Notes under the pieces: model-generated
Told to the model about the DNA's origin: nothing
What the model saw: the letters and a program-made list of their open reading frames with translations, nothing else
Database searches by the model: none
Position numbers and translations under genes: made by a program
Shown here: positions 18,844 to 28,615 of the stretch, piece by piece
How positions within the stretch are numbered: the stretch's first letter is position 1
Layout of the letters: each line of letters starts with the position of its first letter
From: Candidatus Enterousia sp.
GTDB taxonomy: Bacteria > Pseudomonadota > Alphaproteobacteria > Rs-D84
Length of the DNA: 64,000 bases
Direction: 5' to 3'
Assembly (NCBI GenBank): GCA_045648925.1
Contig: JAZROY010000003.1
Span: 57,082-121,081 of the forward strand

Positions 18844-19551
18844 CTATTCTTCTATGATTTTTTCAAGCTCTATTATAAAATCAATTGCAGGACTGGTCAA
18901 CTTTTTTGCTTTTTCAATCATCCGTTCCGCTTCCTTTTGCATTTGAAGACGTTTATAAGTTTCAACAATTTCAATTGTATCATCAACATCTTCTAAATCA
19001 TCATCATTTAATGCACGCGCGATATCAAGTTCTTGTGCAGCCAAATCTTTATATTTTTTTGAATTTTCTGGACATCCGCGTTCGGACAAATTCGCATAAA
19101 TTTTTGCATTATCAATATGTGCCTCTGCATCTGGATTATCCGCGGGATATAATCTTGCCATTAATAAATTTTCGATTTTTCCACATGTTGTTTCTGGTAA
19201 TTTCTTTTTTTCAACCTTTGGTGTGGGCTGTGTTTTTGGTTGTTCAAACTCACGATTCAAACAATTCATTGAATATAATTCATTTGCAATCTTTAATTGT
19301 TCAAATTGATTCGTATAAATCAAATTGCTTATTCTGTCTGATAACTGTTTACATTGACTTTCCGACATTGTTGAACGATTAACATGGTCGGCACCATTTA
19401 ATATATAACCAAAAATTACCCCGGTCAAAAACAGCGCAACCATACCAATTATGCCGTATACACGATTTTTATTTGATTCTGTATTTTTTATTTCTGTTTT
19501 TGATTCTATATTTTTAACAACTTTCTTTTTCATATCTCTCTCCTTTATCAA
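18844..19551 (-). CDS. Membrane-anchored hypothetical protein
   Basis: 235 aa; single N-terminal TM (IIGMVALFLTGVIFGYIL), acidic C-terminus; directly downstream of lolD in the same orientation. Confidence 0.4.
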   Translation of the reverse strand: MIKERDMKKKVVKNIESKTEIKNTESNKNRVYGIIGMVALFLTGVIFGYILNGADHVNRSTMSESQCKQLSDRISNLIYTNQFEQLKIANELYSMNCLNREFEQPKTQPTPKVEKKKLPETTCGKIENLLMARLYPADNPDAEAHIDNAKIYANLSERGCPENSKKYKDLAAQELDIARALNDDDLEDVDDTIEIVETYKRLQMQKEAERMIEKAKKLTSPAIDFIIELEKIIEE

Positions 19552-20262
19552 CTATTTAACGATACCATTTTTAATTGTAATTATTCTATCTGCTTTTTTT
19601 GCTAGGTTCATATCATGTGTCACAAACAACATAGTCATCTTGTTTTTACGCACAAGATTAAGCAACAAATCAAAAACCATCGCAGCATGTTGCGGATCCA
19701 AACTTCCCGTTGGCTCATCCGCCAATAAAATCTCTGGATTATTTGCAATAGCGCGCGCAATCGCAACGCGTTGTTGTTCACCACCAGACATTTCAGATGG
19801 GAAATGATTGCTACGATGTGCAACATTTGCCGCCTGTAATAACTTCATAGCGCGTGAACACGCAACATCTTCTTTTATTTCGTTTGCCATCATCGGTAAA
19901 ACTACATTTTCAAGTGCAGTAAAATCAGACAACAAATTATGCTTTTGATAAACAAAACCTATTTTTTTTCGGCGCAATAATGTCCGCGTTTCTTCACTGA
20001 TTTTATCGGTTGGTGCACCGTTTATAAAAATATCCCCCCCTGTGGGTTTGTCTAAAAGCCCTACACATTGCAATAATGTGGTTTTACCAGAACCGCTTTG
20101 CCCAACCAATGCGACAATTTCACCACGATACAAATCAAAGCCACCACCATGTAAGACCTTTAATGGTTGACCTGCCTCTATGAAAGTTTTTTTAATATCG
20201 CGCACAGACATCACTATGTCTTTTCTGGATATCTTTGATAAAGAATTTAATATGCTCGCCAT
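19552..20262 (-). CDS. lolD: Lipoprotein-releasing system ATP-binding protein LolD
   Basis: Walker A GQSGSGKTTLL, ABC signature LSGGEQQRVAIARA, Walker B LLADEPTGSLD; the true start may be the internal MSVRDIKKTF. Confidence 0.85.
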   Translation of the reverse strand: MASILNSLSKISRKDIVMSVRDIKKTFIEAGQPLKVLHGGGFDLYRGEIVALVGQSGSGKTTLLQCVGLLDKPTGGDIFINGAPTDKISEETRTLLRRKKIGFVYQKHNLLSDFTALENVVLPMMANEIKEDVACSRAMKLLQAANVAHRSNHFPSEMSGGEQQRVAIARAIANNPEILLADEPTGSLDPQHAAMVFDLLLNLVRKNKMTMLFVTHDMNLAKKADRIITIKNGIVK

Positions 20263-20271
20263 TATTTACAC

Positions 20272-21528
20272 CTATTCATTTCTCAAAACCTCTACCGGGT
20301 CTGTGTTTGCCGCTTTCCATGCAGGATAAAGTGTTGCCAAAAATGCCAATGCTATCGCGATAACCGCTATACCAATTACAGTTGATGGCACGACTTTTGA
20401 TGGCAATTCAGACAAAGAATAAAGTTCTGCCGGGAATAAATCATGCCCTGTTACAAACTGGAAAAACTTTCTTATTGGTTCAATATATATCGCGATTATA
20501 ACACCCAGCAAAGTCCCAAAGGTTGCACCAATAATACCAATTGATGTTCCAGACAAAATAAATATTTTCATCATAGATTTGCGCGACACACCAAAAGTTC
20601 TAAGCACAGCAATATCTTTATTTTTATCTTTGACCAGCATAACCAGCGATGAAATAATATTAAACGCAGCAACAATGACTATTAACATCAATATTAAAAA
20701 CATAACACTGGACTCAACTTGTAATGCGCCAACAAAACCACGATTTAAATCGCGCCAATCACGCACAATAAAACCTTCTGGTAATAATGTAGTTAATGCC
20801 TTTACCACCCGTTCGCTTTCTTCGGCATCTGTTAGGAACAAATCAATATGCGTGACAGAATTTTCAATATTCAAATATTTTTGTGCGGTTTCTAATGGCA
20901 TGAATATATAACCACTATCATATTCATACATACCCATAAAGAACGAAGAAACGACCGGATACGCCATAATACGCGGCATTGTTCCAAATGGTGTTGCCGT
21001 TCCACCATTGGCAGAAATCAATGATACTTTGTCACCAGCGGTCACACGCAAATTGCGTGACAAAGTTGAACCAATAACCAATTCACCATCATTAACTTTG
21101 TCTAAACTTTTACCATATATTCGTGTTCCACTTGCTTTTTTTGATATCAAATCAGGCATCCGAATTCCGCGCACCATCGCACCAGAATTATTCCCGTTGG
21201 CAGACGCCATAATTTGCCCCTCTGCAATTGGGACCATTGATACAACATATTTTTCAACGACTTTGTTTTGGCGCATTTTATCCATTAAAAAGTCATAATC
21301 AGAAATAGTTCCGTTTTGATGATAAACAACAACATGCCCATTCATACCAATAATACGCGAAAGCAGTGTATCGTGGAATCCACCCATCACAGACATCACA
21401 ACAATTAATGTTGCCACACCCAAAGTAATCCCAATCAAAGACACCCACGAAATTACAGAACCAAAACCGCGCTTTTTCGCACGCAAATATCGATAAGCAA
21501 TTTTCTTTTCTAGGCTTGAAAACAACAT
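20272..21528 (-). CDS. Lipoprotein-releasing system permease LolC/LolE family
   Basis: 418 aa; FtsX-like permease with MacB-type periplasmic domain; [42 protein letters not shown] is the LolC/E signature start. Confidence 0.8.
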   Translation of the reverse strand: [418 protein letters not shown]

Positions 21529-21538
21529 ATTTTACCCT

Positions 21539-22873
21539 TTACTGATTCAAAAAATCCCGCAATTCATCGCCAGACAACCGCTTTGTCTTTTGTGTTTGCG
21601 TTGCATCTATGATTGAAATAAGACGCGGCGACATAAACACAACTAATTCAGCAAATGGCGATATCAAAGTTTCTGGTGTTGTCACAAAAGAATGTGTCGG
21701 GATACCAATAATGACATAATTATCACCCACACTGGATGGAATTGTGAACGAAGATAATTCCCCATTACTTGTTGATAGAACTATTTTTGCATCAATTTTT
21801 TTAGAATCACCAAAATCACCATAAGTTCCAGTTGCACCAATAATTAAATCTGTTTCCAATCTGTCTTCTTTGCTACATTGACCGATATCAAACCTGGTCT
21901 GCCAACCATTTGGAACCGCGAAAGTCCCTTGGGAAATCAAGACCATACTGGCCTGGCTTGATATAAATTCTTGCAATGTTTTTGTGTTTATTTCTGGACT
22001 AACGACCAGCGCACGACCAACTACACCTGGGATAGACATATGTATATTATTTTCCCCGAACGCAGGTAACATATTCATCCAAATAATCGGATTATCTGTT
22101 TTTGGATACACACGATAAACATCAACATCCCACGCCAACACATACTTTTTTGATGCAACATCCGCTATAATCTTAGACACTTCGCGTTCTGTTTGATAAT
22201 CGCCTTCAAAAATAACCGTTTTATCAGTCCAATTTATCAACAAATTATGAATACCAACCCCACGCATAGCATCAATCATAGCCATTATCATCGTTTCATT
22301 TTTCGGCATTTTTATCAGCCATTTTCCATTTGACTTTAAATGAATTTCACCGAATTCACCATCATAAGTATAATAAACATGTCCTATTTTAGTTATCAAT
22401 TCCACAGCATCAGACAAAGAACTTGTGGAAATTGAGCCAGATATTTTTTCCAACGCAACCTGGTCTTCAACAATGCTTATATCTGTATCAAGCAACAATT
22501 TTTCCAGTACTTCTTTGACCGGCATCTTTTTAAAATCATAATCCGACACCTTTAAATCAGGCAATTTATCACCGGTATTAAGACGGATAATTTCTATTTT
22601 TTCTTCTGGGATAACAGAAACAATATTTTGATTATCCCAATTTACCAAACATCTTTTTGGTAAATCAAGCGCAAAATGTTGCGCAGTATCTGTGGTCAAA
22701 GCCGCTTTTTTAGGGAAAATCGGAACAGAATTTTCATCAATTACAACATTTTCCACAACATCTATTGTGTCATAAAGGTCTTCTTCGGTATATTGACGCT
22801 TGGCACACCCGGTCAACATAATACCAGCGCACAAACATACAAACACCAGTTTTTTTACTTTATTACATATCAT
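21539..22873 (-). CDS. Outer-membrane lipoprotein, possibly secretin-like (T2SS/type IVb pilus secretin family) - tentative
   Basis: 444 aa; lipobox MLTGC; C-terminal region VIIGIPTHSFVTTPETLISPFAELVVFMSPRLI resembles the secretin C-domain consensus (..IP.LG..F...eLvifitPrii). Type IVb secretins (BfpB, PilN, TcpC) are lipoproteins. Confidence 0.3.
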   Translation of the reverse strand: MICNKVKKLVFVCLCAGIMLTGCAKRQYTEEDLYDTIDVVENVVIDENSVPIFPKKAALTTDTAQHFALDLPKRCLVNWDNQNIVSVIPEEKIEIIRLNTGDKLPDLKVSDYDFKKMPVKEVLEKLLLDTDISIVEDQVALEKISGSISTSSLSDAVELITKIGHVYYTYDGEFGEIHLKSNGKWLIKMPKNETMIMAMIDAMRGVGIHNLLINWTDKTVIFEGDYQTEREVSKIIADVASKKYVLAWDVDVYRVYPKTDNPIIWMNMLPAFGENNIHMSIPGVVGRALVVSPEINTKTLQEFISSQASMVLISQGTFAVPNGWQTRFDIGQCSKEDRLETDLIIGATGTYGDFGDSKKIDAKIVLSTSNGELSSFTIPSSVGDNYVIIGIPTHSFVTTPETLISPFAELVVFMSPRLISIIDATQTQKTKRLSGDELRDFLNQ

Positions 22874-22898
22874 TTTCCGTCCTTTTTTATTCCTTATA

Positions 22899-23222
22899 CT
22901 ATATATTCATAATTTTTTCAAATTCTTCCAAAGTCATTTCATATATAGGTTTTTGATTTGGAGTCACCAAATTTTTAACACTTTCAAATTGTTTTTCGAA
23001 CAAATTCATCACTGATGCGACATCAGGTTCTATTTTTGCCCCCGCTTTTTTTAACCTGTTTCCATATTCTACTATGTATTCCAATACATCTGCAGCAAAA
23101 AATCGACCAACATAATTTTCCAACGCAATTCCACCTTTTTCAACACAAATAGCAGACAAAACCTTTGCCATTTCGTTATAAAAGTTAGCTAATTTGATAT
23201 AATTTTGAACTGATATAGCCAT
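22899..23222 (-). CDS. Hypothetical protein
   Basis: ORF with internal start MAISVQNY at 23222; no recognisable domain. Confidence 0.3.
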   Translation of the reverse strand: MAISVQNYIKLANFYNEMAKVLSAICVEKGGIALENYVGRFFAADVLEYIVEYGNRLKKAGAKIEPDVASVMNLFEKQFESVKNLVTPNQKPIYEMTLEEFEKIMNI

Positions 23223-23295
23223 TATTTTTTCCCATCCTTTTTTTACATTATAAAAACTATTGCCACACAAACGCAATTAAATTATAATATAAAAT

Positions 23296-23676
23296 ATGAA
23301 AATGAAATATTTATTTTTTCTGCTTGGTCTGACAGCGTGTGCTTCTGCCAATCGTGGCTCGATTGATGACGCCACTATTTTGAACTGGGAAAACGATGCT
23401 GTGACAACCGAACAATTCGTTCGCGACCATAAATCATGCCTTGGAATAAAAGAGACCAGTTATACCCCCCGTTCCAGGATTGCGAAACTGTTATCCCCGA
23501 ACCAAAGCGCACAAATGCCAGATTGGGACGGTCTTTGGGTAACATTCCAATCTAATGAATACAAAGATGTTGGTCAACGGGCGCTACTTTCTGTCCCAAG
23601 GAATCGCGCTTCAAAAACTGTCGGATATTATCGTAAGTGTATGTTAAGACGCGGTTATTTGCTACGCGCTCAATAA
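23296..23676 (+). CDS. Hypothetical lipoprotein
   Basis: 126 aa; lipobox LLGLTACAS. Confidence 0.4.
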   Translation: MKMKYLFFLLGLTACASANRGSIDDATILNWENDAVTTEQFVRDHKSCLGIKETSYTPRSRIAKLLSPNQSAQMPDWDGLWVTFQSNEYKDVGQRALLSVPRNRASKTVGYYRKCMLRRGYLLRAQ

Positions 23677-23725
23677 AAAAATTGTATTGTTGGATATTTT
23701 ATAAAAATGTGATATAATAAAAGGC

Positions 23726-24412
23726 ATGAAAAAATCCATCTGGTTTTGGTTATGTTTTGTGCTGTCAATTATATTGGCGATTTATTTTGCTGTCCGCGTT
23801 ATAACCAGTCAAATTGGGCGCGGCCCGATATCAACTGTCCAAGGCATTGAAACCTACGGCACAAATACCAAAGACGAAGAAATAATAAAACTTTCGTTGG
23901 GCATTGGTCCGGGAACCAGTTTGCGCGCCATAGATTTACATCAATTAAATTACCGTGTTTCTAATATCCCCGGGGTAAAAAATTCTGCTGTCCGACTTTT
24001 GCCAAATGGGAAAATTATCGTAAAAATCCAAAAACACAAAGTTATCGCCAGTTGGACAGATGGCGCTTATTATTACCCTCTATCGGCAGACGGAACCAAG
24101 ATAAACACACCATCAGAAGCCCGCAATGATAATGCCATTGTATTCCAGGGCGATTTACCAAATAACTTAAAAGATATAATATCGGATGTGTCTTCTATAT
24201 CAAAATACATTGATTATATAAACATGGTGGAATCCAGGCGCTGGAACATACATACAAAAAATGGGACAACTATATATTTGCCAGAAAAAGACCCTGCGGT
24301 TGCAATAAATAAAATCAAGGTATTAAATCAAACACATAAATTATTATCACGAAAACTTGATATTATTGATATGCGCGACAGTGCAAGAATTCTGGTCAAA
24401 GAAAAAAAATGA
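23726..24412 (+). CDS. ftsQ: Cell division protein FtsQ
   Basis: 228 aa; N-terminal TM then POTRA-like region; immediately upstream of, and ATGA-overlapping, the ftsA-like gene (canonical ftsQ-ftsA order). Confidence 0.65.
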   Translation: MKKSIWFWLCFVLSIILAIYFAVRVITSQIGRGPISTVQGIETYGTNTKDEEIIKLSLGIGPGTSLRAIDLHQLNYRVSNIPGVKNSAVRLLPNGKIIVKIQKHKVIASWTDGAYYYPLSADGTKINTPSEARNDNAIVFQGDLPNNLKDIISDVSSISKYIDYINMVESRRWNIHTKNGTTIYLPEKDPAVAINKIKVLNQTHKLLSRKLDIIDMRDSARILVKEKK

Positions 24413-26193
24413 AACTATCTAATTCATCTTTTTTATGCCTTGATATCGGAACATACGGTGTTCGTGGGTTTGCTCATTGTATACGGGATGCAAAAATTAT
24501 TCAATCTGCTATGCATTTTGTAAAAAGTCCAAACACATTATTTGCTTTGAAAAGCGTGGTGGATGAATTGGAACAACAATTAAACACTCACTTTAATTCT
24601 GCATTTATAACTGGTAATTTTGGTGAAATGGATTTTCAAACATTTACAGACATAATAACATGGCGCGAAGAACACAAAATAACTGATCTGGATTTAAAAC
24701 ATCAAATTGGAAAAATAACAAAACCAGATGGATTTTACGCGATGCATATTATACCTGTATTTTACGGGACAGAACATTTACCAAACATAAACAACACACC
24801 GATTGGACAAATTGATACTGAGTTAAAATCTATATTCAGTGTTATTTCTTATGAAGAAGAACAAACAAGGTATATATCTGATATTTTGCGTCGCGCACAT
24901 ATTCAATCTGGTGGATTTTTTGATTCAACATTTTTGCAAAATGCCATATATAAAAAACAAAAAGAAAAAGTATTATTTTTGGACCTTGGCAATGAATTTA
25001 CAACCGTTTCTATATGGACAGCACGTGGTCCTTTGTATATGAATAAAATCAAATTCGGGCAACAAGATATAACCAAGGCAATATCTGATGAATTACAAAT
25101 CAGCAGAAATGATGCTGACACATTAAAAATATCCATCGCCAGTGCAACACCAAATGAAATGGACAGATTTACACCGGCTGATTCTTCTGAAAAATTTGCG
25201 GCTTTTTCTGTTTCAGATATAAATGATGTATTTATACCAAAATTAACAGAATTATTAAATACTGTTATTGAACAATCAGAAAAATATATAAATCAATATA
25301 AACCTGAAAAAATTATTTTGACTGGTGGTGGAACTTCTATCAATAACATAAATACATTTATTGAACGGGCTTTTAATTTACCTGTGGAAAATTTGGGCGA
25401 CAGTGCGACCATAAATGCTTTATCAGAATACATATGGGCATCACATTTGCCAGAAAGAAATGCTTATATACAAAAACAACAAAAATTACAAAATCTGGTT
25501 TATAAAATTGCAAAACTTTTCAAAAGAAAAAAAAGAAACAAAAAGGCAAAATTTATCCCGATTATGCCAAGCACACTTTGCTTTAATATGAATGATATGT
25601 CAACATATACAATGTTTGCATCGGCTGGTATTTCGGCAATACATGTTGATATAATGGACGGCTTTTATGTCGATAATATTGCAGGCAGTATTGAAGAATT
25701 ATCAAACATACGAACAAAGACCAAATCATATTTGCATGTTCATTTAATGACGGAAAGCCCATCAATCTGGGCGCGCGATGCAATAAATGCTGGTGCAGAT
25801 ACAATCATAATTTCTACAAATACATCTGGGGTTCATGATGCTATACACATTATAAAATCCGCTGGAAAAAGATGTGGCATCGCATTAAACCCAGATTCTA
25901 ATATTGAAATATTAAAACCGATACTTACACAAATTGATGAAATAATGGTGATGGGGGTTGAACCTGGTGCAGCGGGTCAAAAATTTGATGAACGCGCAAT
26001 TCAAAAAATAAAAATATTAAATTTTACACGAAAGAAACATGGGTTAAAATATTTAATCAGTGTTGATGGCGGAATAAATCCAGATACCGCAAAATTATGT
26101 TGGGATGCAGGCGCAGATTTATTGGTAAGCGGTTCTTATCTTGCCAAATCCCCCGATTTCCCATTAGCAGTACAAAGTTTATTGAACCGTTAA
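24409..26193 (+). CDS. FtsA-like actin-family cell-division protein fused in-frame to ribulose-phosphate 3-epimerase (Rpe)
   Basis: Residues 1-385: FtsA signatures (CLDIGTYGVRG phosphate-1, LFLDLGNEFTTV phosphate-2, IILTGGGTSINNI adenosine motif, C-terminal amphipathic basic helix LVYKIAKLFKRKKRNKKAKF). Residues 386-594 (ATG at 25564): full Rpe (HVDIMDG, HLM, MGVEPG, VDGGIN). No stop codon between the two. Confidence 0.7.
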   Translation: MKLSNSSFLCLDIGTYGVRGFAHCIRDAKIIQSAMHFVKSPNTLFALKSVVDELEQQLNTHFNSAFITGNFGEMDFQTFTDIITWREEHKITDLDLKHQIGKITKPDGFYAMHIIPVFYGTEHLPNINNTPIGQIDTELKSIFSVISYEEEQTRYISDILRRAHIQSGGFFDSTFLQNAIYKKQKEKVLFLDLGNEFTTVSIWTARGPLYMNKIKFGQQDITKAISDELQISRNDADTLKISIASATPNEMDRFTPADSSEKFAAFSVSDINDVFIPKLTELLNTVIEQSEKYINQYKPEKIILTGGGTSINNINTFIERAFNLPVENLGDSATINALSEYIWASHLPERNAYIQKQQKLQNLVYKIAKLFKRKKRNKKAKFIPIMPSTLCFNMNDMSTYTMFASAGISAIHVDIMDGFYVDNIAGSIEELSNIRTKTKSYLHVHLMTESPSIWARDAINAGADTIIISTNTSGVHDAIHIIKSAGKRCGIALNPDSNIEILKPILTQIDEIMVMGVEPGAAGQKFDERAIQKIKILNFTRKKHGLKYLISVDGGINPDTAKLCWDAGADLLVSGSYLAKSPDFPLAVQSLLNR

Positions 26194-26577
26194 TTTTCTT
26201 CCCAGTCCATTTTGTGTTATATAAATATGTATTGTATTTTTCGGCAGAATATCTTTTGCAACATCGGGCCATTCAATAAGTGTAATATCATTATCAAGCG
26301 CATATTGCAAACCAATTTCTGTTAATTCAGAAGCATCCCCTATTCTGTACAAATCAAAATGTGAAATCCCGTCATAATTTTGAACAAGTGTAAAAGTTGG
26401 AGATGGAACAACAGTATTTTCACCACGCAAAGTTTTAATTATTGTGCGTGCGATTTCTGATTTCCCCATTCCCAAATCACCATGCAAAGCAACAACCACC
26501 GGCGCATGTAAAGTTTTTGCAAAATCGTGCGCCCATGCACGTGTTTCATCTAAATTATTTAAGATATATTCTTTCAT
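26179..26577 (-). CDS. tsaE: tRNA threonylcarbamoyladenosine biosynthesis protein TsaE
   Basis: LHGDLGMGKSEIAR P-loop variant typical of TsaE/YjeE; 132 aa. Confidence 0.8.
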   Translation of the reverse strand: MKEYILNNLDETRAWAHDFAKTLHAPVVVALHGDLGMGKSEIARTIIKTLRGENTVVPSPTFTLVQNYDGISHFDLYRIGDASELTEIGLQYALDNDITLIEWPDVAKDILPKNTIHIYITQNGLGRKLTVQ

Positions 26578-26579
26578 TT

Positions 26580-28592
26580 TTATTCCACCAATAATAAATC
26601 ATCTTCCAGTTTATGAAGTGTGTCACGCAAAGTGGCCGCTTCTTCAAATTCTAAGTTTTCTGCTGCTTTCTTCATCTTTTTTGTTAAATCCGCAATTTCT
26701 TTGCGCAAAGAATCAGCATCCCAAACACCATTTTTATTATAAACAAATTTTCTTGCTTTGTCAGTTTTTTCTTCTTTTTCTTTAACTTCTTCAAACACAG
26801 ATTTCGAAATTGTTTTCGGAACGATATTATGTTCTTTGTTATATTTTTCTTGCTTTTCACGTCTTCGCGCAGTTTCATCCAGCGCGCTTCGCATAGATTC
26901 AGTGATTGTATCCGCATACAAAATTACCCGGCCATTTGCGTTACGTGCAGCGCGCCCAATTGTTTGAATCAAAGAACGCGTTGAACGCAAAAAACCTTCT
27001 TTGTCTGCATCCATAATCGCAACCAGTTCACATTCTGGAACATCTAAACCTTCGCGCAACAAATTTATCCCGACCAAAACATCATATTTCCCAAGACGCA
27101 AATCACGCAACAAATCTATGCGTTCCAAAGTTTCAATATCAGAATGTAAATATCGTGCGCGCACACCATTTTCAACGAAATAATCTGTTAATTGTTCTGC
27201 CATTTTTTTAGTTAATGTTGTAACAATAACACGACCATTGGTCTTTTTTACTTCATCTAATAAATCATCAACCTGATGTGTTGTTGGACGCACATAACAA
27301 ACCGGGTCAAGCAATCCAGTTGGACGAATAACCTGTTCTGACACAACACCATGCGCCTGATCCAATTCCCATTGTGCGGGTGTTGCAGATACAAATATCG
27401 TTTGTGGGCGCAGATCATCCCACTCTTCAAAAGTTAATGGACGATTATCTACACACGAAGGAAGTCGAAAACCATACTGTGCCAAAGTTTCCTTACGCGC
27501 CCTGTCCCCACGCGACATCGCGCCAATTTGTGGTACCGTCACATGACTTTCATCCAAAAATAAAATTGCATCTTTTGGTAAATATTCAAATAATGTTGGT
27601 GGCGGTTGTCCCGGAAGTCGTCCTGTTAAATATCTCGAATAATTTTCGATACCACGACAAGTCCCTGTTGATTCCATCATTTCTATATCAAAGCCTACGC
27701 GTTCACGCAATCTTTGTTCTTCGACATATTTCATATTTTCGTGAAAATATTTTAATCTTTCATCTAAATCTTTGCGTATATTCCCAATTGCCTGAATCAC
27801 AGACGGCATAGGTGTTGCATAATGCGTATTTGGATATACCGTAATTCTGTCCAGTTTTTGTAATTTACCACCAGTTAAAGTATCAAATTCCCAAATCTCA
27901 TCAATCTCATCCCCAAAGAAAGATATTTTCCACGCTCTGTCTTGTGAATGGGATGGGAATACATCCAAAGTATCACCACGCACACGAAAATCGCCACGCG
28001 CGAATCCAACATCATTTCGCTTATATTGAATATCAACCAAGGCGCGCATAACATCTTTTTCAGATATTTTATCACCTACATTTAATGTTAATTTCATCTC
28101 TGAATACTGCTCTGGCGAACCAATACCATAAATAGAAGATACAGACGAAACAACAATTACATCGCGTTCTTCCAACATTGCACGCGTAGCACTATGGCGC
28201 ATACGGTCAAGTTGCTCGTTAATCGAGGCATCTTTGTCTATGTAAGTATCAGTTGTTGGAACATATGCCTCTGGTTGATAATAATCATAAAAAGACACGA
28301 AATATTCCACATGATTATGCGGAAAGAAAGATTTCATTTCTGTATACAATTGTGCCGCCAATATCTTATTTGGTGCCATAATCATGGTTGGACGCGATAA
28401 TTTTTCAATAACATTGGCCATTGTAAATGTCTTTCCAGAACCCGTTACCCCCAATAAAACCTGGGATTTCTTACCATCATTTACACCTTTGACCAATTCG
28501 GAAATTGCCGTTGGCTGGTCCCCCATCGGTGCATAATCAGATTCCAAAGAAAATACACTTTTTTTGTTTTTCATATTATTTTTTTTATTCAC
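26580..28592 (-). CDS. uvrB: Excinuclease ABC subunit B
   Basis: 670 aa; [15 protein letters not shown], helicase motifs, C-terminal UVR domain ([14 protein letters not shown]). Confidence 0.95.
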   Translation of the reverse strand: MNKKNNMKNKKSVFSLESDYAPMGDQPTAISELVKGVNDGKKSQVLLGVTGSGKTFTMANVIEKLSRPTMIMAPNKILAAQLYTEMKSFFPHNHVEYFVSFYDYYQPEAYVPTTDTYIDKDASINEQLDRMRHSATRAMLEERDVIVVSSVSSIYGIGSPEQYSEMKLTLNVGDKISEKDVMRALVDIQYKRNDVGFARGDFRVRGDTLDVFPSHSQDRAWKISFFGDEIDEIWEFDTLTGGKLQKLDRITVYPNTHYATPMPSVIQAIGNIRKDLDERLKYFHENMKYVEEQRLRERVGFDIEMMESTGTCRGIENYSRYLTGRLPGQPPPTLFEYLPKDAILFLDESHVTVPQIGAMSRGDRARKETLAQYGFRLPSCVDNRPLTFEEWDDLRPQTIFVSATPAQWELDQAHGVVSEQVIRPTGLLDPVCYVRPTTHQVDDLLDEVKKTNGRVIVTTLTKKMAEQLTDYFVENGVRARYLHSDIETLERIDLLRDLRLGKYDVLVGINLLREGLDVPECELVAIMDADKEGFLRSTRSLIQTIGRAARNANGRVILYADTITESMRSALDETARRREKQEKYNKEHNIVPKTISKSVFEEVKEKEEKTDKARKFVYNKNGVWDADSLRKEIADLTKKMKKAAENLEFEEAATLRDTLHKLEDDLLLVE

Positions 28593-28615
28593 ATATACTA
28601 ATATAATCTATTATA

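Noticed and set aside
24409-26193. Splitting the 594-aa ORF into separate ftsA and rpe genes
   Set aside because: There is no stop codon in this frame between the FtsA C-terminal helix and the Rpe start (checked around 25540-25570). It is annotated as a fusion but flagged for verification rather than silently split.
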